From positions 67,643 through 131,642 of the forward strand of contig CAZPVO010000003.1 of NCBI GenBank assembly GCA_964590205.1: a DNA stretch of 64,000 nucleotides. The letters are read 5' to 3'. The notes beneath the pieces were generated by a model. The model did not search any database and was not told the origin of the DNA. It saw nothing but the letters and a program-made list of their open reading frames with translations. The number at the start of each line of letters is the position of its first letter. Positions within the stretch are counted from its first letter, which is position 1. This document shows positions 47,189 to 56,138 of the stretch, one piece after another. The DNA comes from an uncultured Candidatus Saccharibacteria bacterium (GTDB taxonomy: Bacteria > Patescibacteriota > Saccharimonadia > Saccharimonadales > JAGQNJ01). The position numbers and the translations under genes are program-made.

Positions 47189-47393
47189 TCTTCAAGTTTA
47201 ACATAAGCTTTGGTCAGTATGTATCCCTGAGAAATTTGCACTTGAGCATAATACAAGGAAGAAATGAGCATTGGAACGAAGCGTATCTGTAATACGCTGA
47301 GGTGAAACGCGCAGTTTCTGACACCGTAGTACGCCAAGAGCAGTAGCAAAGTTGCAGCTTTGCTGACAATTTAGCTACTGCGGTGCACTTTTC

Positions 47394-50165
47394 TCAGGAG
47401 CAGCCAGTTGTAGAGCCACATGAGGTACAGACATAGCAGCTGCCTGCTTTTTGGGTCTGATTACCACAGTTGTAGCACATCGGTGCGGCATCATCCTGAC
47501 GGCTTGTTTCTTTCTTAGCCGGCTTGCTTGTTTGTACTCTTGGAACTTCTACGAGCTTTGGCTGTTCTTCTTTCTCAACCTTAACCTCAGGAACTTCAAC
47601 TTTTTCTTCGAGTAAACTGGTTTGCACATCTGGCATGTCATCGATAGAGGCCAGGCCAAGCTCCAACTGATCATCGAACGACAGATAGGTTTTACCTAAT
47701 CGACGGAAGACATAGTCAACGAGTGAACTGGCAGTACGAATCTCTTTGTCATCTGTTACACCAGCTGGCGCAAAGGCCATGTTTGTTAAGCCATACACGT
47801 AACTCTTTAGAGGTACACCGTACTGCAAACCGTAGCTCACAGAGATAGCCAGCGAATCCATGATGCCAGCCAAGGTTGAACCCTGCTTGGCAATTTGCAT
47901 GAAGACTTCACCAGGGGTACCATCTTCGTACTCACCCACTGTTACGAAACCTTTGCTACCACCAACAGTGAAGGCAAATGTTTTGGCGTTACGTACTTTT
48001 GGTAGTGGACGGCGCATAGCACCCTTAACGATGATCTTGTCGTTAATAGATTCAGCACTAGCTGGCTCTTCTTTTTTGTCGCCTTCTTTCTTAGCCATTG
48101 ACAGTGGTTGCGCAACTTTACAGTTGTCCCGGTAAATTGCCACGGCTTTCAGACCAAGTTTCCAGGCTTCGATGTGTAATTGTTCAACATCTTCAACAGT
48201 AACTTCTTCCGGCATATTCACTGTTTTACTGATCGCACCAGAGATAAATGGCTGCACAGCACCCATCATCTTAACGTGACCCATATAGTGAATAGGGTTA
48301 TCGCCCATTGAGCAAGAAAATACCGCCTTGTGCTCTTCTTTAAGATGTGGCGCACCGGTGATAGTTTTCTCTACATCGATATAGTTGATGATGTCGTCAA
48401 TTTGGTCCTTACTGTAACCAAGTGTCTTCAGAGCCCGTGGCACCGTTTGGTTAACAATATGCATTGTTCCACCACCGACAAGTTTCTTCACCTTAACAAG
48501 ACCAAGATCTGGCTCAATACCAGTGGTATCACAATCCATCATCAGACCAATGGTTCCAGTTGGAGCCAGTACACTGGCCTGCGAGTTGCGAACACCGTGC
48601 ATTTCACCCAGTTCAACTGCATCATCCCAAGAGGCAGCTGCAGCACTCAAAAGTTCCTCTGATACTAAACTAGCATCAATCTTTGAGACTTCCCCTCTAT
48701 GCATTTTCAGTACGTTTAGCATTCCTTCGCGGTCCTTATGAAAACCAGCAAATGGTCCAACCCGCTCAGCAATACGCGCACTGGTAGCGTAGGCGTGACC
48801 TGTCATTAACGCTGTAACAGCGGCAGCAAGTGCACGACCTTCGTCTGAATCATACGGTAAGCCAAGAGCCATCAATAACGCGCCAAGGTTAGCGTAGCCA
48901 AGACCAAGCTCTCGATAAGCTCGAGCATTCTTAGCAATTCCCTCTGTCGGATATTCAGAATAGCCAACTAGAATTTCCTGCGCTGTAAACATAATCTTCA
49001 CTGTATGCTTGAAAGCTTCAATGTCGAATGTCTGATCATCTCGAAGGTACTTCAACAGGTTAATTGAAGCTAGGTTACAGGCTGAATTGTCCAAGTGCAT
49101 ATACTCGCTACAGGGGTTGCTGGCGTTAATGCGGCCAGCATTTGGCGCAGTATGCCACTTGTTGATGATAGTGTCGAATTGCATACCAGGATCAGCACAC
49201 TCCCAGGCAGCTTCAGCAATCTGGCGAAAGATGTTTCGAGCCTTAACTGTTTTAACTGGTTTGTTAGTCTTGACCGCCGTTAAGTCCCAGTCTTCATCGT
49301 TGATAACTGCATTCATAAAGTCATCGGTAACACGAACTGAGTTATTGGCGTTTTGATACTGAACAGAGAAGGAATCCTTACCATCGAGGTTCATGTCAAA
49401 GCCAGCTTCCTGAAGCACGCGCGCTTTGCGCTCTTCAATCGCCTTACACCAGATAAACTCTTCAACATCAGGGTGGGCAACATTCAAAATAACCATCTTG
49501 GCTGCTCGGCGAGTTTTACCACCGCTCTTGATAGCACCAGCAGAGCTGTCGGCGCCACGCATGAAGCTCAGTGGGCCAGATGCAGTGCCAGCGCTCTTAC
49601 CGAGTGTTTCATGAGACGAACGAAGCACACTTAGGTTGATTCCCGAACCAGAGCCACCCTTAAAGATCATTCCTTCTTCGCGGTACCAGTTAAGAATTGC
49701 TGGCATGGTATCCTCGATGCCAAGAATGAAACAAGCACTTGCCTGTTGAGAGCGAGCTGGTGCACCAATGTTAAACCACACTGGTGAGTTAAATGCAGCT
49801 CGTTGGGTTGCGAGGATGTATTTTAGTTCTTCTCTAAATGATTCTGCTTCGGTATCAGATTCAAAGTAACCTTCTTTTTGACCATGGCGAGTGATGGTAT
49901 CAGCTACTCGATCGATAAGTTTTTGGAGCGAATCCTCTCGCTCGTCGGTACCAGGTGTACCGGTGAAATATTTTTGGGCAACGATGTTAATTGCATTCAA
50001 CGACCAAAAATCCGGGAATTCAATATCATTTTGTTCGAAAACCGGCTTATTAGTCATTGGATTCATGATAAGTGAATCTCTTGAAACCCACGTCAGTTGA
50101 TCGTAGGCTTTGGTTTTGGGTTGGGTGAATAACCTCCCAACCGTTAATTTGGCTGTATGTCCCAT
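47394..50165 (-). CDS. nrdJ: adenosylcobalamin-dependent ribonucleotide reductase (class II, NrdJ)
   Basis: Active-site region PCSEYMHLDNSACNLASINL and a C-terminal Cys-rich zinc ribbon (CYNCGNQTQKAGSCYVCTSCG). 923 aa. Confidence 0.9.
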   Translation of the reverse strand: MGHTAKLTVGRLFTQPKTKAYDQLTWVSRDSLIMNPMTNKPVFEQNDIEFPDFWSLNAINIVAQKYFTGTPGTDEREDSLQKLIDRVADTITRHGQKEGYFESDTEAESFREELKYILATQRAAFNSPVWFNIGAPARSQQASACFILGIEDTMPAILNWYREEGMIFKGGSGSGINLSVLRSSHETLGKSAGTASGPLSFMRGADSSAGAIKSGGKTRRAAKMVILNVAHPDVEEFIWCKAIEERKARVLQEAGFDMNLDGKDSFSVQYQNANNSVRVTDDFMNAVINDEDWDLTAVKTNKPVKTVKARNIFRQIAEAAWECADPGMQFDTIINKWHTAPNAGRINASNPCSEYMHLDNSACNLASINLLKYLRDDQTFDIEAFKHTVKIMFTAQEILVGYSEYPTEGIAKNARAYRELGLGYANLGALLMALGLPYDSDEGRALAAAVTALMTGHAYATSARIAERVGPFAGFHKDREGMLNVLKMHRGEVSKIDASLVSEELLSAAAASWDDAVELGEMHGVRNSQASVLAPTGTIGLMMDCDTTGIEPDLGLVKVKKLVGGGTMHIVNQTVPRALKTLGYSKDQIDDIINYIDVEKTITGAPHLKEEHKAVFSCSMGDNPIHYMGHVKMMGAVQPFISGAISKTVNMPEEVTVEDVEQLHIEAWKLGLKAVAIYRDNCKVAQPLSMAKKEGDKKEEPASAESINDKIIVKGAMRRPLPKVRNAKTFAFTVGGSKGFVTVGEYEDGTPGEVFMQIAKQGSTLAGIMDSLAISVSYGLQYGVPLKSYVYGLTNMAFAPAGVTDDKEIRTASSLVDYVFRRLGKTYLSFDDQLELGLASIDDMPDVQTSLLEEKVEVPEVKVEKEEQPKLVEVPRVQTSKPAKKETSRQDDAAPMCYNCGNQTQKAGSCYVCTSCGSTTGCS

Positions 50166-50293
50166 AGTTACCCTCGCTTAAATTGGTTTTATTTTTTGTT
50201 TAGAGTTCGCGGTCGTCTCTCTTTACCGCTGAGCTCCCCAGGAACCTCAAGTAGGGTTTAAACCCCCTGGGTAGCGGCCAAATCTTTATAGTT

Positions 50294-50782
50294 TTATGAT
50301 TTGGCCTTTGTTTCTGTTGTTTTCATATGGCGAATTTGCGACAGTTCGCGTTCAAAGCTTGCGATGTCTTTGAAACGTCGATACACGCTAGCAAATCGTA
50401 CATATGCCACTTCATTTAGGGGTGCTAGCCCTTCCATTACCAGCTCGCCGATCTTTGCGGATGAAACTTCTGAGTCTCCGCAGGCGTAAAGCTGTTGCTC
50501 TATATCAGCTACTAAACGTTCTAATTGCAACCCCGTTAATGTCGTTTTCTCACAAGCATGGTACAGTCCGCCTAAAAGCTTTTCCCGGCTATATAACTCT
50601 CTTGTGCCATTATGCTTAATGACAATCAGCTGAGGCCGTTCTAAACGCTCATAGGTAGTAAAACGATATTTACAGGCAGTGCAGGCACGTCGGCGCCGTA
50701 TAGCTTCGCCGTCGTTTACATCACGTGACTCGATTACTTTCGTATCGTCATGATGGCATTGGCTACACTTCATTCTTAGCAC
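50294..50782 (-). CDS. nrdR: transcriptional repressor NrdR
   Basis: N-terminal zinc ribbon (CSQCHHDDTKVIESR...CTACKYRFTTYE) plus an ATP-cone. Confidence 0.9.
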   Translation of the reverse strand: MLRMKCSQCHHDDTKVIESRDVNDGEAIRRRRACTACKYRFTTYERLERPQLIVIKHNGTRELYSREKLLGGLYHACEKTTLTGLQLERLVADIEQQLYACGDSEVSSAKIGELVMEGLAPLNEVAYVRFASVYRRFKDIASFERELSQIRHMKTTETKAKS

Positions 50783-50971
50783 ACCTCCTTACTTAATGTT
50801 CTCCGTTTCCTACCTACATTTAATTGAGCAAGAAGCGAATGATACATTTTTGTACTCAATCTAAATGTGCGATCACTATATTTTATCCCTACATATAGCG
50901 CCTATGCATATGATCATAGCCCTACTCATAGCGCTTTGCAAGTAAAATTATGGTGTATTATTTAATACGTT

Positions 50972-52378
50972 TTAGTCTGCTTTTTCGTCTTTTTCTTGAG
51001 GTGATTCGTCTGATTCTGAGGACTCTTCATCCTTCTTATCTTTGCGACGACTCTTAAATCGACGTAAAAATGAAGGTTTTTCTAATTCATCTTCGTCGTG
51101 ATTACTAACAACTGTCTGACTGCTGTCTTGATCTTTAGGGTCACTATCAGAGGTGACTTCATCATTATTATCAAGCGTCCAGATATTAGGCATAGGGCTA
51201 TCGCTATGAAAGTCAGTAGCACCAGCAATATGGTCAGCACCATCATCAAGTTGCATATCAAGATCTTTAATATCTTTCGTATCAATCCCGGCTAAAGGAG
51301 ATTCTTCTTTAGTAGATTCTTTATCATCTTTCTTATCATCGTCATCGTCTGGTGCCTGAGTTGCAGTGGTTTGCTTCGTAAAGTAAGCCGCATCAAAACC
51401 AGTTGCAACAACTGTAATGATAATCTCGCCTTCTAGGTCTGTGTTAATAGATGCACCAAATATGATGTTAGCATCCGGGTCTGCAGCGTTTGTAATCGTT
51501 TCAGCAGCAGAATTTATCTCATGCATGGTCATATCATTGCCGCCGATGACATTAAATAGAATGCCTCGTGCGCCATCGATTGAGACTTCCAAAAGTGGTG
51601 ACTCAATAGCTTGTTGAGCAGCTTTAACAGCTCGATCTTCCCCACTTGCTCGGCCAATGCCCATAAGTGCAGAGCCAGCGTTGCTCATGACTGATTTAAC
51701 ATCAGCAAAGTCAAGATTAATAAGGCCATGAACGGTGATAAGGTCAGCAATGCCTTGGACTCCTTGGCGCAAAACATCATCAGCAACTTTAAATGCCTCT
51801 AAAAGTGGTGTCTGTCGATCAATTGTTTGCAGCAGGCGGTCGTTTGGAATAGTAATAAGTGTATCGACTGACTCTCGCAAATTAGCAATTGCTGTTTCAG
51901 CATTTTTACGACGCTTTTCACCTTCAAACGCAAATGGCTTGGTCGCAAAGCCAACCACAAGAGCATTCATATCCTTAGCTAACTTCGCAACAATATGACC
52001 AGCACCACTTCCAGTTCCACCTCCAGCACCAATCGTCACAAAGACCATATCGGAACCTTCTAATGACTTCTTAATATCATCCATGGACTCCTCAGCCGCT
52101 TTTTGACCCATAGTTGGGTCAGACCCAGAGCCAAGTCCCCTCGTGGCTTCTTTACCAATATGTATCTTTTGATCGGCTTTCGAGTGATGTAAGGCTTGAG
52201 CATCCGTATTAATGGCTATAAATTCAACATCACGAACACCGGCTTCAACCATCCGATTGATAGCTGCACCGCCGGCTCCCCCCACACCAACAACCTTAAT
52301 GGATGCAAATGTTTCAATAGCTGGAGCAACTTGTGGCATTTTATCTTTATCCTCTCCCTTTACACTGTACATGAACAA
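50972..52378 (-). CDS. ftsZ: cell division protein FtsZ
   Basis: Tubulin signature GGGTGSG and T7 loop. Long acidic/low-complexity C-terminal linker of 468 aa. Confidence 0.95.
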   Translation of the reverse strand: MFMYSVKGEDKDKMPQVAPAIETFASIKVVGVGGAGGAAINRMVEAGVRDVEFIAINTDAQALHHSKADQKIHIGKEATRGLGSGSDPTMGQKAAEESMDDIKKSLEGSDMVFVTIGAGGGTGSGAGHIVAKLAKDMNALVVGFATKPFAFEGEKRRKNAETAIANLRESVDTLITIPNDRLLQTIDRQTPLLEAFKVADDVLRQGVQGIADLITVHGLINLDFADVKSVMSNAGSALMGIGRASGEDRAVKAAQQAIESPLLEVSIDGARGILFNVIGGNDMTMHEINSAAETITNAADPDANIIFGASINTDLEGEIIITVVATGFDAAYFTKQTTATQAPDDDDDKKDDKESTKEESPLAGIDTKDIKDLDMQLDDGADHIAGATDFHSDSPMPNIWTLDNNDEVTSDSDPKDQDSSQTVVSNHDEDELEKPSFLRRFKSRRKDKKDEESSESDESPQEKDEKAD

Positions 52379-52452
52379 GTATACATGGGGCCGTGAACAA
52401 CATCAATGTATGCTTTTTAATTCTGCAAAATGAGAGAGTTCACAAATTGTGC

Positions 52453-53730
52453 TCAATGAGATTTTCGACGGAATTTTTTCCAGATTCCATCCACTGCATT
52501 AAAGAATTTATCACCGCTTCCGCCCATATCTCCGGCAGATTGAGGTGGGAGTAACAGCATATCAAGGAGCATTAGCCCTGTTGCCGTAGCATATGTCGGA
52601 TCGTTCACAGTATCAATCAGACCACCCACTGGCTGCAGCTTACCAAGTCGAGCTGCTAACTGTAGTTTCTCTCTTGTAAATTCTGTAATTCCCGGTAGCT
52701 TTGCGCCGCCTCCGACAATCACTACACCACCTGGTAATTTGCGCGACTTATGGATACGTTTTAGCTCTTTATCGACGTACTCCAACAGCTCTTCTACACG
52801 TGCCTCTGTTATCATAACAACTTCTTCACCGTCAAAACTAAACTGCTTTTTGCCAATTTTAACAGTCATGAGTTTTTTATTAGTAGTACCAGCTATAGCA
52901 GCGTGTTCAATTTTTACTTTTTCAGCGATATCTAGATCAGTTTTCAATCCAATTGCCAGATCATTTGTAATATGCACGCTACCGATTGGCAACACACCTA
53001 CGTATTGCACTTCACCATCTTCTATAATCGCCATATTTGTTGAGCCGGCACCAATATCAAGCAGTAGTGTCCCCGCCTCTTTTTGTTGACGTGTCAGTAC
53101 AGCCTCAGCAGCTGCGAGTCCAGATACAGTCTTATGAGCTGCATGCAGCTGCAGTTTTTCTAATACTTGTTCAATTGAGCGAACATTAGGTGTGGCGGCC
53201 GTAACAATGTGAGTATCGACTTCCAGACGGACTCCTTGCATGCCCACTGGATCTTTAATATTATCCTGACCATCTACTGAGTAGTTCTTGGCAAACACTT
53301 GGATAATTTCCCGATTTGGTGGCAGTTGCACAATAGTTGCGGCTTCCTCGGCACGCATACGATCATCTGGGCTTATCTCACGGTTTGCACTACTGATTGC
53401 AATCACACCTTTAGAATTGATGCCAGCCACATGTGCACCATTTACATTTACTGTCACCTGCCTGAATTGCATACCAGATACACGCTCTGCTTCGCCAAGA
53501 GCTTGGCCAACCGCTTCCACCACATCATCAAGATGAGCAATAACCCCTTTACGCATACCCTTATTAACTGATTGACCGTGGCCAATCACTGAAGCATGAG
53601 TGGGATCCTCGGGATCAAGACTACCGACTACACATCTTACTCGGCTTGTTCCTATGTCTAAGCCTACAAAATGAGGCATGGACGATTGTTGCATGAAAGC
53701 AGTATAACGCTTATTCTTTACCTCTGGCAA
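52453..53730 (-). CDS. ftsA: cell division protein FtsA
   Basis: Actin-like ATPase phosphate-1 motif FVGLDIGTSRVRCVVG. Confidence 0.9.
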   Translation of the reverse strand: MPEVKNKRYTAFMQQSSMPHFVGLDIGTSRVRCVVGSLDPEDPTHASVIGHGQSVNKGMRKGVIAHLDDVVEAVGQALGEAERVSGMQFRQVTVNVNGAHVAGINSKGVIAISSANREISPDDRMRAEEAATIVQLPPNREIIQVFAKNYSVDGQDNIKDPVGMQGVRLEVDTHIVTAATPNVRSIEQVLEKLQLHAAHKTVSGLAAAEAVLTRQQKEAGTLLLDIGAGSTNMAIIEDGEVQYVGVLPIGSVHITNDLAIGLKTDLDIAEKVKIEHAAIAGTTNKKLMTVKIGKKQFSFDGEEVVMITEARVEELLEYVDKELKRIHKSRKLPGGVVIVGGGAKLPGITEFTREKLQLAARLGKLQPVGGLIDTVNDPTYATATGLMLLDMLLLPPQSAGDMGGSGDKFFNAVDGIWKKFRRKSH

Positions 53731-53749
53731 GACTGTCTACAAAATTTGC

Positions 53750-54502
53750 TCAAAGCGTTGTAAGAATATCAGCACCGTTTGCTGTAACCACCACTGTATG
53801 TTCAAATTGTGCCGCCCAACTATGATCAGCAGTCACAAGCGTCCAGCCATCAGGCAATTCACGAATGATCGGGCTGCCAAGTGTCGTAATTGGTTCAATG
53901 GCAATCGTCATTCCTGCTTTAAGAACAGTTCCTTGCCCAGCTCGACCATAATTTGGTATTTCAGGCTCCTCATGAAGTTCATGCCCAACACCATGACCAA
54001 CAAGTTCGCGGACAATGCCAAGTTTGTATTTTCTAAGTACTTGTTCAATTGCCGCCGAAACATCTCCTGTATAAACACCGTGGCGAATCTTTTTTATGCC
54101 AGTCTCCAATGCCTTTTGCGTGCCAACAACCAGGCGTTTCGTTTCTTCGGTGTATTTATCGTCCACACAAACTGTTATGCCTGCATCTGTAATAAAACCT
54201 TTATAGCGAACACCGAAATCAAAGTTAACAATATCTCCCGCTTCGAATGGCCGGTCATTAGGAATCGAGTGTTGTACCTGTTCATTAACAGATATACAAA
54301 TAACATCTGGGTAGCCATGAAAACCAAGAAACGCCGGCTCACCACCGAGCCTTTGGAGCTCCTCTCGTGCCATTTTAGACATATCCTTAGGTGTTAAGCC
54401 TGCGCGGCATTTCTCTTTCATAAGCTGCAACACAGTTGCCAGCATGCGACCACCGTCGCGCATGGCCTCAATTTCAGAAGGCGACTTACTCGTTGTTAGC
54501 AT
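53750..54502 (-). CDS. map: methionine aminopeptidase type I
   Basis: Pita-bread fold metal ligands (FHGYPDVICISVNEQVQHSIP; GHGVGHELHEEP). Confidence 0.9.
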   Translation of the reverse strand: MLTTSKSPSEIEAMRDGGRMLATVLQLMKEKCRAGLTPKDMSKMAREELQRLGGEPAFLGFHGYPDVICISVNEQVQHSIPNDRPFEAGDIVNFDFGVRYKGFITDAGITVCVDDKYTEETKRLVVGTQKALETGIKKIRHGVYTGDVSAAIEQVLRKYKLGIVRELVGHGVGHELHEEPEIPNYGRAGQGTVLKAGMTIAIEPITTLGSPIIRELPDGWTLVTADHSWAAQFEHTVVVTANGADILTTL

Positions 54503-54511
54503 ACCAATCTA

Positions 54512-55051
54512 CTATAGACCTTTTTTGACGGCCTTTATTATCACTTTATGGACTTTATCAGGTGGTTGCTGGCCATCAATCTGGTAAACAGGGATACCCG
54601 CTTTTTTAAAATCATCGAGGATTGGAACAGTAGTTTGCTGGTACTCTAAAAACCGCTCTTGAATTGCCTTTGCCGTGTCATCAGGCCGGCCTCGCTTTAG
54701 AAGTCGCTTCAGCACTTCCTTTTCCGTTGCTTTAATGTGGATTACGGCTGTAACTTTTAGCTGCCCGTGTTTTACTTGTCCAAGTAACCAATCAGCTTGA
54801 GCTGGTGTTCGTGGAAAACCATCGAGTACAAACTCCTGGTTTGAATCGATAACACTAAAGATTTTTTGGACGAGTGAAATTATTTCCTTGTCGTTAAGGA
54901 GCTTTCCGGCGATCATTTCTTTACGGCGTTCACCCACAATGAGCATTCTCAAGAAATCACCTGTCGACAACCATGGTAACCCCAGCTCGTCAGCTAATCG
55001 GCGTCCTTGCACACTTTTTCCGGCGCCAGCCACTCCCATAAATATGATCAT
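54512..55051 (-). CDS. adk: adenylate kinase (short, lid-less)
   Basis: P-loop GVAGAGKSVQ in a 179-aa protein. Confidence 0.85.
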   Translation of the reverse strand: MIIFMGVAGAGKSVQGRRLADELGLPWLSTGDFLRMLIVGERRKEMIAGKLLNDKEIISLVQKIFSVIDSNQEFVLDGFPRTPAQADWLLGQVKHGQLKVTAVIHIKATEKEVLKRLLKRGRPDDTAKAIQERFLEYQQTTVPILDDFKKAGIPVYQIDGQQPPDKVHKVIIKAVKKGL

Positions 55052-55503
55052 GATAACCTCTGTTTTATGGCTGCTGCAATTCGTCCACCATCCGCTTGCC
55101 CATCAGCACGCCTTTTCACTTCACCAATAATAACACCCATTGTCTGCTGTGTTAACGGACCGTTTGATGCAATTGCCTTTTCTATGAGAGCATTTAACTC
55201 TTCGTCACTCATTTCTTCTGGCAAATATGTCTGAATAATACTTTTCTCTTTTAACTCCAGGTCGCGACGCTCGTTGTTGCCGCCTTTTTCATATAAATCC
55301 GCGCTATCTTGGCGTTTTTTGGCTTCCTTTTGAAATACAGATACAACTTCAGAATCTGCCAAGCCTTCTTCACGTTTATTCTTAGCAACCTCCTCATACA
55401 GGATGGCACTTTTTAAACCACGCAGAAGAGTGACAAGATCTTTATCGCCGGCTAGGAGTGCTTTTTTTAGATCTTCTTCTAAGCGTTGTTTAATTGTAGC
55501 CAT
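55048..55503 (-). CDS. GatB/YqeY domain protein
   Basis: N-terminus MATIKQRLEEDLKKALLAGDKDLVTLLRGLKSAI is typical of the YqeY family. Confidence 0.75.
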   Translation of the reverse strand: MATIKQRLEEDLKKALLAGDKDLVTLLRGLKSAILYEEVAKNKREEGLADSEVVSVFQKEAKKRQDSADLYEKGGNNERRDLELKEKSIIQTYLPEEMSDEELNALIEKAIASNGPLTQQTMGVIIGEVKRRADGQADGGRIAAAIKQRLS

Positions 55504-55506
55504 GTT

Positions 55507-55722
55507 TTAGCGAGATGAGAGTTTTACTTTTTTTATCTTTTGTATTTTACGATTTTTGCGCACAATGGCACGCTCACGACGCTCACGTTTACTGAGCGGT
55601 TTTTCAAAGTACTGGGATTGCTTTGATACAGCCATTACGCCTGACTGTTGTACTTTCCGGGTAAACCGACGAAGCATATTTTCGAGCGGTTCTTTGGAAT
55701 CTTTACGAGTAACTTGAATCAT
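55507..55722 (-). CDS. rpsU: 30S ribosomal protein S21
   Basis: 71 aa, basic and S21-like (LRRFTRKVQQSGVMAVSKQSQYFEKPLSKRERRERA). Confidence 0.8.
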   Translation of the reverse strand: MIQVTRKDSKEPLENMLRRFTRKVQQSGVMAVSKQSQYFEKPLSKRERRERAIVRKNRKIQKIKKVKLSSR

Positions 55723-55777
55723 AGGTTGTGATTATACATTAACAGAGGAGTTATGGCAAGAAATTAACGACTGGTTC

Positions 55778-56065
55778 CTAGTTCGTTTGCCTTTTTTGGG
55801 TCATTCGTTGTGACTTCAACACTATGCTTTGGAGTTCTTTGAATATTGGGAAGTGCTTGTTGGTGTAGTAAATTTTAGTATTTCCCTGACGCTCTGAGAT
55901 TAAAAAACCAACTTTCTCGAGTCGCTTAAGTTCGCGTTGGATATTACCAGCGTCTTCTTTGATAAGTTTAGCGAGTCCTCGGACGTGCGTTTTAAAGTCC
56001 GGGTACTTGGCGTACACGACAATAATTTTTCTCCGAACTCGTGAAGTTATAAATACATCTAACAT
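55778..56065 (-). CDS. putative winged-helix transcriptional regulator
   Basis: 95 aa basic protein with an HTH-like region (NIQRELKRLEKVGFLISERQGNTKIYY). It is divergent from priA. The start codon is uncertain. Confidence 0.4.
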   Translation of the reverse strand: MLDVFITSRVRRKIIVVYAKYPDFKTHVRGLAKLIKEDAGNIQRELKRLEKVGFLISERQGNTKIYYTNKHFPIFKELQSIVLKSQRMTQKRQTN

Positions 56066-56138
56066 AAGCTTTATTGTTATTAGAACAACGTACTACAGGT
56101 AGTATACCGTTCTCCAGATTTTTTTCAACAACTTTGAA

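Noticed and set aside
46705-47393. tRNA or other small RNA genes in the larger intergenic gaps (also 17863..17997, 31132..31552, 50783..50971).
   Set aside because: No cloverleaf-compatible sequence with a GTTC-like T-loop and correct acceptor pairing was evident. The regions are better explained as leader, terminator or promoter sequence. Not excluded without tRNAscan/Infernal.
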